DNA of 64,000 bases from the NCBI RefSeq assembly GCF_006345805.1, contig NC_043024.1, forward strand, positions 16,492,001 to 16,556,000, given 5' to 3'. The position numbers and the translations under genes were made by a program. The stretch is from Octopus sinensis (Eukaryota). The notes below the pieces were generated by a model. The model was not told the origin of the DNA. It searched no databases and saw only the letters and a program-made list of their open reading frames with translations. This document shows positions 24,275-38,269 of the stretch, in pieces; within the stretch, counting starts at the first letter, position 1; each line of letters opens with the position of its first letter.

Positions 24275-24503
24275 GTATGCATGTATGTATGTATGTATAT
24301 ATTTGTAAGTTTGTGTTTGTCCTCCCACCATCGCTTGACAACTGATGTTGGTGTGTTTACATCCCTGTAATTTAGCAGTTTGGCAAAAAGAGACCAATAG
24401 AATAAGTACTAGGCTTACAAAGAATAAGTCCTGGAGTCGATTTGCTCGACTAAAGGTGATGCTCCAGCATGGCCGCAGTCAAATGACTGAAACAAATAAA
24501 AGA
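24073..24503 (+). mobile_element. SINE family A
   Basis: Matches the family consensus, with the B-box region deleted. Confidence 0.9.
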
Positions 24504-24506
24504 ATG

Positions 24507-24918
24507 TACTGTATTTTAACGTGTATAAGGAACCCCCTAACTTTTGGGGCTTAAAATTTGGGAAAAAGGTTTTGTAAGGGATTATAAAACTATCCATGTG
24601 AAGGTGGTGAGCTGGCAGAAACGTTAGCATACCTGGCGAAATGCTTAGCGATATTTTATCTCCTGCTACGTTCTGAGTTCAAATTCTGCCGAGGTCGACT
24701 TTGCCCTTCATCCTTTCAGGGTTGATGAAATAAGTACCAGTTATACACTGGGGTCGATGTAATCAACTTAGTCCCTTTGTCTTTCTTTGTTTGTCCCCTC
24801 TATATTTAGCCTCTTGAGGGCAATAAAGAATTAAATACTATCCATGTATAAGAATCTCCTATATTTTAAAAATCTAATTTTTGATAAAAAAGGGTTCCTT
24901 ATACATTAAAATATGGTA
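24507..24918. mobile_element. pogo/Tigger-like MITE split by a SINE B (24602-24832)
   Basis: TIRs tactgtattttaacgtgtataaggaaccc and gggttccttatacattaaaatatggta. The SINE is flanked by duplicated actatccatgt. Confidence 0.8.
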
Positions 24919-24921
24919 GTT

Positions 24922-25415
24922 AAGGTGCCGAGCCAGCAGAATTGTTAGCATGCTGGGCAAAACACTTAGCGGTATTTTGTCTGTCGTTACATTCTGAGTT
25001 CGAATTTCACTGAGGTCGGTCTTGCCTTTCATCCTTTCCAGGTCAATAAAATAAGTACCAGTAGAGTACTGGGGTTGATGTGATTGACTTACCTGCTCCC
25101 CACTAAGTTCAGGTCTTGTGCCTATATTAGAAAGGATGATTATTATTATTATTATTATTATTATCATTATTATTATTATTATTATTATTATCATTATTAA
25201 GGCAGCAAGCTGGCAGAATTGTTAGCATGCTGGGCGAAACAGCAGTATTTCGTCTGTCTTTATGTTCTAAGTACAAATTCCACCAAAGTCGACTTGGCCT
25301 TTCATCCTTCCAAGTTCGATAAATCAAGTACCAGTAATGTGCTGAGGTCAATTTAGATGATTTCTTCCTCCTTTCCATCCTAAATTTCTGTCCTTGTGCC
25401 AAAATTTGAAATCAA
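24922..25415 (+). mobile_element. Two tandem SINE B variants separated by (att)n
   Basis: Both carry the gcctttcatcctt...gataaa.aagtacc core, with a tail different from the 13130 copy. Confidence 0.8.
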
Positions 25416-26334
25416 TATTTACCATATTATTATTATTATTTCATTTAATTAATTTGACATTCCTGTAATGCTTTAATCTCAGAAAGGTTAAGTATGTAAT
25501 TAAGTTTATTCCTTTGAAAATGGTCAGTTACCAAGTTACTTTAAGTGTTCAGTGTTTTGGTTTGAACTTTAATGAATTTTAGTTTTTGAACCGATAAACA
25601 AAGACAATCTTGATTTCCTTTTATATTATTATCATAATTGAATTCTTTCACATTATAATCTTTGATAAAACAGCCTCCTTCCTTAAAATTTTGTAAGTCT
25701 TCTCTTATGCTCGTTTGTAACTTCTTCAAAAATAAATGTAATAAAGCCATAACAACATAGTTATAACATTTAAACGGAAGATTCAACAGGTTACGGTACT
25801 AAAAAATAGCTTGGCAGTTCAACATTAGCCATGTATTGTGTCTGATTTCCATTGATATATGAAGCATATGATGAGTCTAATTACAAATAGAAGAGTCAGA
25901 GTCATAATTGGTCAGAGTCAGATTGATGACTCAAAGGTTTTGTGTACCGACTCCACAGGTCTTGTTCTTAATGGAAACAATAAGAAAAAACATTTAGTTT
26001 TTCTTGGACAAAATTATGGAATTAGTATATCAATTATCTCTCTCTCTTACTCACCCTTTCTCTCTCACTCACTCTCTCTCTCTCACTCACCCTTTCTCTC
26101 TCACTCACTCTCTCTCTCTCACTCACCCTTTATCTCTCACTCACTCTCTCTCACTCACCCTTTCTCTCTCACTCATCCTCTTTCTCTCTCTCTCTCCACA
26201 TGATTCTTGGTCAATGTCATCTTTTATCCTCTTTTCTTTTTCATGCTGACCACCGAAGTGACTGCTTGTATTTTCTCTCATCTCCTACTATCAACATCCA
26301 TCCATCCATCCATCCATCTGTCTGTCTGTCTGTC

Positions 26335-26807
26335 ACCAACAGCAATGCAGATTTGGACATGGCATAAAAAATTCAAAGAGGGAAGCTGTCTGTGCAAGGC
26401 AAAAGGATCTGGACGATCACTAACATCAGAAGAGATGGTTGAGCAGGTTTGCCAAAAACTCTTGCAAAGCCTCAAAAAGTCCATAAGAAGAAGAAGTCTG
26501 GAAACCCAGATTCCTTCAGCAGCTTGGCACATCCTGAGGAAATGCTTGCTAATGAAACCCTACAAGCTGCAGCTCGTTCAGGCCATAACAGCAGATGACA
26601 AGTGAAAGTACAAACAATTCTGTGTTGATATGCAAGAGAAACTTGAAAAAGCTGAGTTCCTCTCTTCCTGCAAACCTAGAGAAACTCAAACAGAGAATCA
26701 CGACCACACTGGAGACCCAAGACATACTGCAGCATGTTTGGGAGGAGCTGGACAACCGACTTGATGTGTGCCGTGTCTCAGGTGGTGCTTATAATGAACA
26801 TTTGTGA
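26335..26807 (+). pseudogene. Internally deleted Tc1/mariner-superfamily transposase
   Basis: The N-terminal WHKKF..GSGR..KKSIRR..LRK.L.MKPYKLQLVQ..DD is joined directly to the C-terminal LEKLKQRI..VWEELDNRLDVC..GG..EHL*. Confidence 0.85.
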
Positions 26808-26955
26808 AATCATTCATAGAATACACACACCTTTGAATTTCTCATTCAGATTTGGAGGAATAGATCTAATGTTGCTCACCATTAAGCCTGTTCAGTTTCA
26901 TTTACTTTGACTGTGTAGTTTCTGGGATATTTACATCTCAAATGATATCAAATTT

Positions 26956-27007
<52 letters not shown>

Positions 27008-27052
27008 TCATTTATATATATATATATATTATATATATATGTGTGTGTGTGT

Positions 27053-27305
27053 GGAGGCGCGTGGCTTAGTGGTTAGGGTGTCAGCATCATGATCGTAAGA
27101 TTGTGGTTTTGATTCCTAGACCGGGCGACGCGTTGTGTTCTTGAGCAAAACACTTTATTTCATGTTGCTCCAGTCCACTCAGCTGGCAAAAATGAGTAAC
27201 GCTGCGATGGACTGGCGTCCTGTCCAGCTGGGGAACACATTTGCCATGGAAACCGGGAAACCGGGCCCATGAGCCTGGCTAGGCTTTAAAAGGGTGCATA
27301 AAAAA
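27053..27305 (+). mobile_element. tRNA-derived SINE family C (V-domain-like)
   Basis: tggcttagtgg A box, ggttttgattcc B box and gcgatggactggcgtcctgtccag. Fragments also occur at ~8703-8795 (+) and ~38715-38820 (-). Confidence 0.85.
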
Positions 27306-27341
27306 TAATATATATACATATATACACACACACACCACACA

Positions 27342-27410
<69 letters not shown>

Positions 27411-27682
27411 GGATTGAACAGACAGAACACAACAAGGAGAAAAAGTTAGATAAAAGCAGAGCAAACAGGAAACAAGATGAAAACTTAATGGATGGGGAAT
27501 ATAGATAAAGACATGATACACAAATGTTCACATCTTTGTGTTTCTCATCAGTCAAAGCCAAAATATCATTGTGGTTTTGTACCATCATCATTGAGACCAC
27601 TCAATCTTGGAGGTGCCAGTGTTGTTATTAAGCTATTGGGAAAGGTTGAAAAAAGATTAGAGATCTATACAAATCAAATTTT

Positions 27683-28000
27683 TATATATAAAAGATGGAG
27701 GTGGGAGTAGCACAGAAGTGTATCTAAGACATTTCAATTTAAGAGGGAATTTAATAAAAATGATTTTAAAAATTATATAAAGAAAATATTACCGGTTTAT
27801 CTTCTGTACCCCAGATAGAAGATAAACTGTTTTTACTTCAGATTTTCATAAATTTTTACTGATATTTGAGAAGATGAGATTCATTGAAATTGGTAATAGT
27901 TACTTTATATAATTTTAAAAATCATTTTTATTATATTCTCTCTTAAATTGAAATGTCTTAAACTTACTTCTGTGCTCTTTCCACCTCCATCTTTTATATA
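27683..28000. repeat. ~110 bp imperfect inverted repeat
   Basis: tataaaagatggaggtgg...tattacc is mirrored by ggtaatag...ccacctccatcttttata. Confidence 0.85.
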
Positions 28001-28007
28001 TATATAG

Positions 28008-28044
<37 letters not shown>

Positions 28045-28265
28045 TGTGTATATATATATACATATATATATATTATGTAAAATATAAGTTAGAGGTAATG
28101 TAACCTTCTAAGGGATAGCTGTATCTGTAGGCACTCCTGGTGTATTACCTCAGTATGTATGGTCCTCGTAGGTAATTTAAGGTAAAACCGTGACCAATGA
28201 TCCACTTCTCATTGTTAATTATTGCTCCATTTCTGATCGTCTCTATACATATATATATATATTAA

Positions 28266-28301
<36 letters not shown>

Positions 28302-28325
28302 CATGTATATAGGTGTGTATGTATG

Positions 28326-28363
<38 letters not shown>

Positions 28364-28478
28364 TAGATACATATAAGTATATATATATATATATAAATAT
28401 ACATAAATACATATATATATATGTATATATATATATAATATATATATATATATATACACACACATAGATACATAAGTG

Positions 28479-28509
<31 letters not shown>

Positions 28510-28522
28510 ATATGTATATGCA

Positions 28523-28587
<65 letters not shown>

Positions 28588-29829
28588 TCACATGCATAGA
28601 TACATATATATGTATATATATATTCATATATATGCATACATATATATATATTATATATACACACACACACATAGATACATATATATACATCTATATATAT
28701 ATATATATATAATATATATATATATATAGACACACACAATATATATGAAACATTGACATATAATCATGTCCATGACCACCCACCACCACCTAAACCTCTC
28801 ACCCTCATACACTCACTGAGTGAAAATCATTAATTTTACTCTTTTTCTTTCCCTTTTTATTTTTGTTATTCCTGTTTTCTCCCTCATTAATCTTCGTAAT
28901 CCTGGCAAAGTGTGAGTTTAGCCACCATATTGCAGCCTGATTGGGAGGCCCACTGCTCCCCCCGCCAACATATTATCCTAGAAAGAAGAAAAAAGTGAAG
29001 AGGGGGAAAGAAAGATGTAGAACTGTAGGTAACTGGTACTTTAAAACACTGTAAATGAGATTACATTCCAATTATGTGCTGATTAACTACTTATAATTAA
29101 TTAACACACTAGATAGATTACTTGATATTGTGGTGATGGTTGCAATGGAGGGGGTGCACGGAAACTTATTGATGTGTTTTTTGTTGTGTTTCGTTTTTTT
29201 TTTATATATATTTTGTTCTTAACTATTTGTGTCGGAGAGTATTTGGTATTTACGAAAGCTCACGTCCAAACACCTACACACACACACGTAGACACATACG
29301 GGGGCGGGTGTGTGTCAGTGTTCATTTATGTGTATCTATGTTTCTGTATATATATGTGTGTATATATATTGTATGTATGTATACATGTATGTATATATAT
29401 GTATATAGTCATGTTTTAATATACATATATATGTGTGTGTATACATATATATATATGTATGTATATATATATATATGTGTGTGTGTGTGTCTGTATATAT
29501 ATATGTATGTATATATATATATGTGTGTGTGTGTGTCTGTATATATATATGTATGTATATATATATATGTGTGTGTGTGTGTCTGTATATATATATGTAT
29601 GTATATATATATATGTGTGTGTGTGTGTATATATATATATATGTGTGTGTGTGTGTATATATATATATGTATGTATATATATATATATATATATATCTAC
29701 ATTTATATATATATGTATATTTATTTATATCTAATGTAGGATAAAATTTTTTTTGAAAAAAATATTCTTTTCCAAAAAAACTTTTATCAATGGCCAGCTT
29801 ATCATAAAGTACCTTTAAAGGTTAAATCT

Positions 29830-30061
29830 ATAAACAATTCGTAATTAAGGGCAAATGAAAAAATTTCTAATGCCAGATATGCCGAAAAATTGGACATATT
29901 GTCCATTAAACATATAATCTTTTCACAATATGCACACTACTCGAAAAAAGGTCGACAGAAATTGTGAAAAAATTATATGGTTAACGGACAATATGTCCAA
30001 TTTTTCGGCATATCTGGCATTAGAAATTCTTTCGTTTGCCCTTAATTATGAATTGTTTATA
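29830..30061. repeat. ~100 bp inverted repeat related to the 4344-4827 family
   Basis: Shares aagggcaaa..ttctaatgcca.atatgccgaaaaa with the 4344 arm and is mirrored at 29960-30061. Confidence 0.88.
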
Positions 30062-30267
30062 TTTATATATTTATATATATATAAATTGATAGACAGATAA
30101 TTGGATAGAGAGAAATATGTGTGCATAGACACATGTAAAAATAAAGGCAAATATATAACTGCATTGATACGTAATATATATATATATATATACACATATA
30201 TATATATATATATACACACACATATGTACACACACACACATACATCTACTATTGAACTAATTGTCTC

Positions 30268-30565
30268 TCCATTGGTTATGATGGTGAGCAATCCAGTTGA
30301 TTCGATCAACCGAACAGCTTACTCATGAAATTAACTCACAAGTGGCTGAGTACTCCATAGGCATGTTTACCTTCATATAATTCTCAGTGGGAATCAGCGT
30401 GACATTAGTATGTGACACGATTGCGTCTTTGAAATCCAAGTACTACACATTTTCACCAGCTAAATGGACTGGAGAAAGGTGAAATAAAACACCTTGCTCA
30501 AAGACACAATGACCTTACGATCTCAAGCTGAATCCCCCTAACCACTTAGCCATGTGCTTCCGCCT
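30268..30565 (-). mobile_element. Degenerate SINE family D
   Basis: Reverse complement resembles 38270-38590 (tccactcagctgg, ggagtactcag.cactt, gatcaact). Confidence 0.65.
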
Positions 30566-30969
30566 ACAATTGAACTAGATGCACAGATACATACATTTAC
30601 ACACACCTGTGTGTGTATATGTATATGCATATATATAACATATATATTATATATTTATATATACAGGGTTGTATAAGTGTTTGTAAATATATATGTATAT
30701 ATGTGTGTGTATATATATATAAGCTACACACACGCACACACAACTACACCACACACATACACCAGCATGCAGAGTCTCAGCAATTAGTTTGTTGCATCTC
30801 GTAGTCCTATCGATATGTAACATTTGATGTTGGGTTATGTGACCTGTGGCGGTGTTTATGGTAAGTCGTTACTTCTACTTAGCAGACTAGGGTGTCTATA
30901 TACACACACACACACATATATATGTTTCTATATTATATATATCCTGTTGTTGTTATTATTATTAGTGTA

Positions 30970-31870
30970 GTTTTTGTTAAGCCTCGGGTCAGTCCTCATC
31001 GACCAGACCTGTAACCAAACAGATCCTATTCGTGACTAAAAAATCATTTTATTTCTGTTTTTTTTTTCTCTTTAATTTTTTTAGTAAATCACTGATTTAC
31101 TCTACTCTATATGTTCTGTGCCACTTTCAGGATAGCAAGGTTTAATTTGAAGGAGATTTGCCTATTATTTCTAGCAATATGGGCTAGTTCGTATTACTAT
31201 TTAACTCCTGGTCATGTGAACAGACCTATGCTCAAATATCATTCCACCTCTAACCATCTTGATTTCTTAATCATCTCTGAGACTACACTGTCTGATGTAG
31301 CCTTCACTTTTCATGTTGGTAAGGTCTTATTTGATGGAGATTTGGTTGCTATTACTAGCATGTTGAGTGACTGCATAAAGGCTGCCTTTGTTATTGTTGC
31401 TTAATTGTAAGTTGACCCTGATGAAGCAGATCTTAGAACAAAGACATTCCAGCTTTGATCATCTTGTCTTAAGTTTATCTAGGACTTGCATTAGCAAACC
31501 TATCCTCCCTATTTTCCAAGACATTTAGGATTGAATGAGATTCGGCTGTTGTTTCTTGCAGTTTAAGAGAACATATGCTAATGTTTTTAATTAGCCCCTG
31601 GTTAGTGTTGATGCAGCAAATCTATTATTAAAGGCATTCAGTAGTGACCGTACCATATTTTTGGAGGATTAGTGTATCTAGGACAACATTAATTAATGTA
31701 TCTCTCTTTTAAACAATGTAGTGTGTTATTTGAAGGAGATATAGCTGCTATATCTAGCAAGTTGAGTGATGATGTAGAGCCTCACGTTATTGTTGTTGTT
31801 TAGTCTCAGATCTGACCTGAGTGATCAAGGATCAAAGACTTTACATTCACGACCACTCCATCGTTTTTTA
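30970..31870. repeat. Degenerate tandem array of ~200 bp units
   Basis: cagacctat..tcaaa..cattcca and gaaggagattt.gctgctatttctagca recur 4-5 times. Confidence 0.7.
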
Positions 31871-32400
31871 GTCACATTCAATAATTTTCTCTGTAATTCA
31901 ACGCATCTTTTAGTTTGTGTTGTTGTTGTTGTTGTAGTCAGAACGAAAATACTGATGAATTTGTAAAAGTAAAGATTCATTAATTTCCTCCACACAGATA
32001 TGCCCCTACCTCTTACAGTCTTATGCACTGATAATTTCTCCCTTTTTATTGAAAAAGTCCCCTTCTTCACTTCAAGAGGCTCCCTCTGTGATTTAATCAG
32101 ATCTAGTAAAAAAAGGCAACTGTTTTGTGTTTGTGTTCATCGGAGGACAGTTACACTGTGTCTTGTGCTCTTGGTCAAAGCACTTAGACTCCCACAAATT
32201 TGCTTGGATGCAATTTGGGACCCCCAGTGAGATCTAAGTCCATTTACTTATGCTCTTGACTCAGATACAGTCAAGATTAACTTTGTCTTTCCTCCCTCTG
32301 GGGTTGATAATAAAGTACCAGTTAAGTACTGGGATCAGTATAATCAACTAACACCCTCCACTCAAAATTGCTGGCTTGGTTTTGTGTCTAAATAAGAAAC

Positions 32401-32457
<57 letters not shown>

Positions 32458-32609
32458 TTGTAAGTTGTTCCAAGTCTCACCCAGAAACTTCAAGTAACAC
32501 CAAGTTTGACATTTTACTATGGGTGATACAATGTAGGGGAAAGAGACCAGAATCTGAGAAGTGAGGTTCTGTTAAATTTGTAATCTTTCAGTTTTAAAAG
32601 AGTTTTACA

Positions 32610-34570
32610 AGAATCACCTTACTGACAGCATCCCGGTACATGGCTTGCACAGCTCTCACTAACCATTCATCTATCCCTAGTTTCCTCATTGACCACCAGA
32701 TAAGGGATCGGGGGACCCTGTCAAAGGCTTTCTCCATATCAACAAAAGCCAAGTACAGAGGTTTATCTTTGGCCAGGTATTTCTCCTGCAGCTGTCTCAC
32801 CAGAAATATGGCATCAGTGGTGCTTTTCCCTGGCACAAACCAAAACTGCATCTCATCTAAACTGACTCTCTCTCTAATTAGTTGGGCTATGACCCTCTCC
32901 TTGACCTTCATTACCTGATCCAACAACTTGATACTTCTGTAATTATTTGTATCTAAAGCGTCACCTTTACCTTTGTAGCAGTTGACTATTATGCTGCTAC
33001 ACCAGTCATTGGGAATGACTCCTTCGTGTATCACCTGGTTAACTATCCTGGTGACTAGGCTATAGCTGACACTGCCAGATATTTTGAGCATCTCTGCAGT
33101 AATTCCTGATGGGCCGGGGGCTTTTCCTGTCTTCATATTCTTAATTGCTTTATCTACCAAGGTACTGTCAACTCAGATAGCTGGTCCCTCTGTTGGGTCG
33201 ACATTCGGCAGACCCTCTTTCTCCCATTCATTCTCTTTATTGAGCAACCTTTCATTGTGGCATTTCTGAACCTCTCTCTTTGCAGCCTCATTTAGTGCAA
33301 GTGAACCATCATCCATGCAGACACATTTCTCTCCTATGACATCACGATTCTCTCTCACACACTGTCTTGCAACACAAAATACCTCAAGTCTTTGGTTCCC
33401 ACAGCGCAGAACATTGGCAAATTTTTCTTATCTGCTTCCCCTCTGGCTAAATAAACCTGTCTCCTAGCTTCCCTTCTGGCATTCTCATACAATTCCCTGC
33501 TCCCACTGTTCTTCCAGTCCTTCCAAGCCTATTACTTTTCTCTAATAGCTCTGTCAACCACATTGTTCCACCACCACGTTACCTTGGGTCGAGATGGGAC
33601 TTTGCTGCATCCACAGATCTGGTCAGTAGCCTTCAGCAGGTTGTCTCAGAGAAACTTCCAGTTGTCTTCCACATTATGTGATGCTATATCCCCTTTTATT
33701 TCGTCAAAGGCTTCGAGTAATACAGCTCTAAATCTCTGTCCATTCACAGGATCTTTAAGCTTCCAGACCCTTCTCCTCCATGATGGTCGTCTTCTGGGCA
33801 TCTATTTAGCCCAGATTCTGAAGTCACTAACTACTAGTTTATGTTGTGGAGTACATTTCTTTGCCTGGGAAAGCCATCTTTCCCTTTTTTCTGGTGAGGG
33901 TGTAGTCAGTTTGGCTAGTGTGTCTGCCAGAACAGTACGTGACTAGGTGACTGGCAGGTTTCTTGAAGTTAGTATTGCAAACCATAAGATAATTTGCATC
34001 GCAGAACTCCAGCAGCCTGGTTTCCTCCTCATTGCAGGGAACCAAAACCATAACCTCCATGTATGCCATGGAAACCCCCTGCATGTTGTCCAACATTTCC
34101 ATTGAAGTCACCAGCCACATTCGTCAACAAGGTAGTTTGCAAGAGAGTGTCCTAAAATCAGTCATTCTGTCCATCCGGTAACCCTGGCTGAGGGGTATAG
34201 GCCAAGATAATGGTTGCTAACCCACGATGAAGCACTAATCTAATCTTAGGTATTCTGTCGCATACTCTGACTACCTCAATTACCTTATCAACCCATTTCT
34301 CCGCAAGAAGTATACCCATGCCCCTGACCCTGTCAATGTTTCCTGCCCAGAAAATCTTGTACCTGTTACCTTTGCCTGTGAGGAACCTAGCAGAACTTCC
34401 TCTTTACTTACTTCTTGGAGGCAGCACAAATCTACACGTCTCCTTTCAAACATCTCAACAATCTCACCAGACCTACCTTTCAATGTGCTGACGTTGAATG
34501 TGCCAACTCTGAGGGTGTGGGCCTGTGAGACCCTGGGATGGGTGACAACAGCGTCATGTACCTGAAAAGA
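32610..34570 (-). mobile_element. RTE LINE: APE endonuclease plus 5' part of RT, 3'-truncated
   Basis: VGTFNV.TL, LQE, SAYTPQ, GDFNG, GKAPGPSGITAEMLK, NYRSIKLL, STTDAIF and AFVDMEKAFDRVPR. Confidence 0.93.
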
Positions 34571-34779
34571 AAGCTCGCATTTGGCAGAATTCATAAACAA
34601 ACAATAGCCTTCAACCTGCATACACTACACCATCATTTTTATGCACTATATGATGACTACTTTACATAGGAGATAAACCCTAAGTAGGGGTGGGGGATGG
34701 CGTTAGAAGTGTTCATAGGAGACAACCAAAGGATGACAGAGGATAGGAAATTCCGGTACAAGTGGAGGGGGTGGGAGGG

Positions 34780-35120
34780 TGCTATTGTCTCATCCCAGGT
34801 TCCACAAACCCTACATTTCACTGATCCCTTCATCCCATATACATATTTTCCCAAGTAGTTTGTCTTCAGCACTTGATCTTGAGCTGCTATAATGAGGCTC
34901 TCTGTTTCTTTTTTCAAATGTCCCTTTTTTCAGCCAAGCCCAGGATTTTCTTCCACATACATCCTCAATGGCTTTCCAAAACTGACCATGCAATGGTTTC
35001 TCTTCCATTTATTCAACATCCTCTTTAAATTTCATTTTTGTCCTTTTCACCTTTTCCAGTCTTGGTCACCTGTTCTTTACTCACTACCTTAAGACATTTT
35101 TCTTTACTGTTCTATAAATA
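34780..35120 (-). mobile_element. R4/Dong-like (RLE) non-LTR retrotransposon fragment
   Basis: KPLHGQF..SWAWLKKG..KETESLIIAAQDQVL.T..KCRVCGTWDETI lies just upstream of the CCHC finger of RLE elements. Confidence 0.8.
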
Positions 35121-35178
35121 ATCTACAAGCTGTTTTCTTTCATCTGCACACACTCTTCACACCACTTAACCCCTTCCA

Positions 35179-35278
35179 NNNNNNNNNNNNNNNNNNNNNN
35201 NNNNNNNNNNNNNNNNNNNNNNNNNNNNNNNNNNNNNNNNNNNNNNNNNNNNNNNNNNNNNNNNNNNNNNNNNNNNNN
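35179..35278. other. Assembly gap (100 N)
   Basis: Run of n characters. Confidence 0.99.
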
Positions 35279-35579
35279 CCCACAGACACATACATGTAGA
35301 CTGGCTCCTGTCTGTTTCCATATTCCAAGTCCATTCACAAGGCTTTGATCATCCCAAGTCTATAAAAGAAGCTTACCCACCATGTGGTAGGGGTGAACTC
35401 AAAAACCACATGGTTTAGAAGAAAGCTTTTGAACCACAGGTTAAAAATATATGGGTGTTTCTTAAATATAGATAGTATCATAATCCCTCACAAACCGTTT
35501 TTCCAAATTTTAAGCCCCCCAAATTAGGGGTGTCCTTATAGACGAGTATTCCTTATACATGTTAAAATTTGGTATGTAT

Positions 35580-36140
35580 ATAGTAGTAGTAGTAGAAGCA
35601 GTAAGAGACATCTTTTGGTCTTGAGAGGCCATTGATCTGCACCCGAAGAAATTGTGTCAGCTGCTGATGGTGGTACAGCATCTCTTATGGCAGTACAGGC
35701 CCACAAGCGAGTGGCAGTCATGCATACAGCGGCTGCATTTGAAGGTGCTCTCTGCATTTGCTACTGGTTTTTCTTTCCATCAAGTGTGATTTTCTTTGGT
35801 GGCAAATTCCTGTTTTTCTTCCCCTCGCTTCATCCCTTTTTGCAGTATTTGTTTCCATTTGCAACCTCCTCCCATCTCAGGACTTCATATTCCTCTTACA
35901 GATGTCCTTGAAACAAAGACGAGGTCGTCCTTGTGCTCTTGTTCTGGTGGTCAATTCCCCATTAGAGAAGGTATTTGAGATCCTTCCATCCGGCATGTGA
36001 GGTACATCACCAAGCCAGCACAAACAACGTTGCTGGAGCAGGGTGATTATCCTGGGTATCATGGCTCATTTGAAGACTTTGGTGATGTGGTCAGTCCACT
36101 TGATATCCAAGATGCGTCTCAAATTATGAAGGTGAAAGAT
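35580..36140 (-). mobile_element. RTE-BovB-like LINE 3' end
   Basis: LRRILDIKW, WLGDVPHMPDGR..GEL..GRPRLCFKD, a terminal Cys/His finger (CSRCMHDCHSLVGLYCH) and a (cta)n tail. Confidence 0.85.
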
Positions 36141-36149
36141 ATACACACA

Positions 36150-36558
36150 CACGGGACAAAATACTGAAGGATGATCTCAAAACACTGAATCTTATGGAAG
36201 GGATGACAAAGGACTGAGATTTCTGGTGCCGTGCTGTACTCAAGAAGACCCATCCTTCACAGCAGAAGTGTTAATGCTGCTCTCTCTGTTGAAGGGGATT
36301 GGCCTGCTAGAGCCCTGTGCTGGTGCCACATAAAAAGCATCTGTGTTGGCGCCTTATAAAAGCACCTGTAGCAGTAACACATACAGAGAATCCAGCACAC
36401 TCTGTAAAGTGGTTGTTATTAGGAAGGGCACCCAGCCCTAGAAACCTGGTCAAATCAGACTGGAACCTAGTGCAGCTCTTCTGTTTACAAGATCCAATTA
36501 AACCATCCAGTTCATGCCAGCATGGAAAGCAGACATTAAATAATGATGATAACGATGA
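36150..36558 (+). mobile_element. RTE LINE 3' end and UTR
   Basis: gtgctgtactcaagaagacc, then ttaggaagggcacccagc and a (gat)n tail. Confidence 0.75.
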
Positions 36559-38269
36559 TACACACACACACATAAATGTGCTTATATATATATGTGTGTG
36601 TGTGTGTGTGTTTGTGTTTGTGTATGTATATGTATATGTGTGTGTGTATATATATGTGTGTGTGTGTGTGTGTTTGTGTTTGTGTATGTATATGTATATG
36701 TGTGTGTGTGTGTGTATATATATGTGTGTGTGTGTGTGTGTATATGTGTGTGTGTATACATACATATATGTAATATATACACTTTATACAGGTATATAAA
36801 TATACATATCCAAATACACATACACACTCATATGTATGCCTATAAACACATGTATACACACACACACAATCTACTGATACATATAAGTATGCATGCAGAC
36901 ATGCGTAAACACATCTACAGACACACAGCTGCACACATGCATGCACATGCACAGACATGCAGAATGACACACACACATGCAGTGACATCCATATTTATAG
37001 GCATAAATCCACCTCCATACGCATACATAGTTACCCACATGCACCCATACATGAAAATATATATAGACATATAGCCATACACAAGTGCACATAAATATAC
37101 ACACGCATGCACACACATGCACAGCTTTGCACACAATAACTTACAACACATGCATTCAAACAAAAAGCACAACTACATGACTATGTGTATGTGTCTATAT
37201 ATATATACATATACATACATATATATATACATATATATATACATATACACATATGTACGTATATATGTGTATATACATATATAATATAAGCACATGTGTA
37301 TGTATATATATATATATATATATACATATATACATATGTATGTATGTGTGTGTATATATATATATATATATACATATACACATATGTACGTATATATGTG
37401 TATATACATATATACATATGTATGTATGTGTGTGTATGTATATATATATATATATATATTATATATACATACATATATACACACACATATATATATAAAT
37501 ATATACATATATATACTACATATACATACACACACATATATATAAATATATACATATATATACTACATATACACATACATATATAAATATATACATATAT
37601 ATACTACATATACATACACACACATATATATACTACATACGCGCACACACACATATGCATACATACATATGTATCGGTATGTATATGTATTTGTACATGA
37701 AATTTTACTGTTGCTCATTCACAGAACTATGCTTTCTCATACACAGACATATAAACATACACAGACATATAAACATATACAAACATATACACATACATAG
37801 CTATTGATGCACGTATATACACATACATACACACAAAAACTGAGAATAGTGAAACTGTCCAAGAAAATTAATCTGGGAAGGAAGCAACTTCAAACTCATT
37901 ACAAATTTACATTAGCCTTAAGCAAGTTCTTTGGTAGTTATTCTAAGCATATGATTTGGTAATGTCCGCATCTGGTGAATGTCTATGCGGTGCTGGTTAG
38001 TTCTTTATTAATGAGACTATGGTGACCAGCTGTCCATCAACAACTTTTGCAATTCATCTAAAATATTGCATCAAGCCGGCGCTTTAGCCTGGCTTTAGCC
38101 AAGATGGCTATCGCAAATTAAAGAACTAGAAGAAAAGCAAAAGGACTACGCACACACACACACACACACTCACATGTATGTATGTATGAAATATACACCA
38201 CATATATATGCAGTATGTATTTCATACACACTCAAACACACACACACACACACACACATATAGAAGTGA

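Noticed and set aside
25541-25786. 81 aa minus-strand ORF
   Set aside because: No recognisable family; probably an old transposon scrap or a chance ORF.
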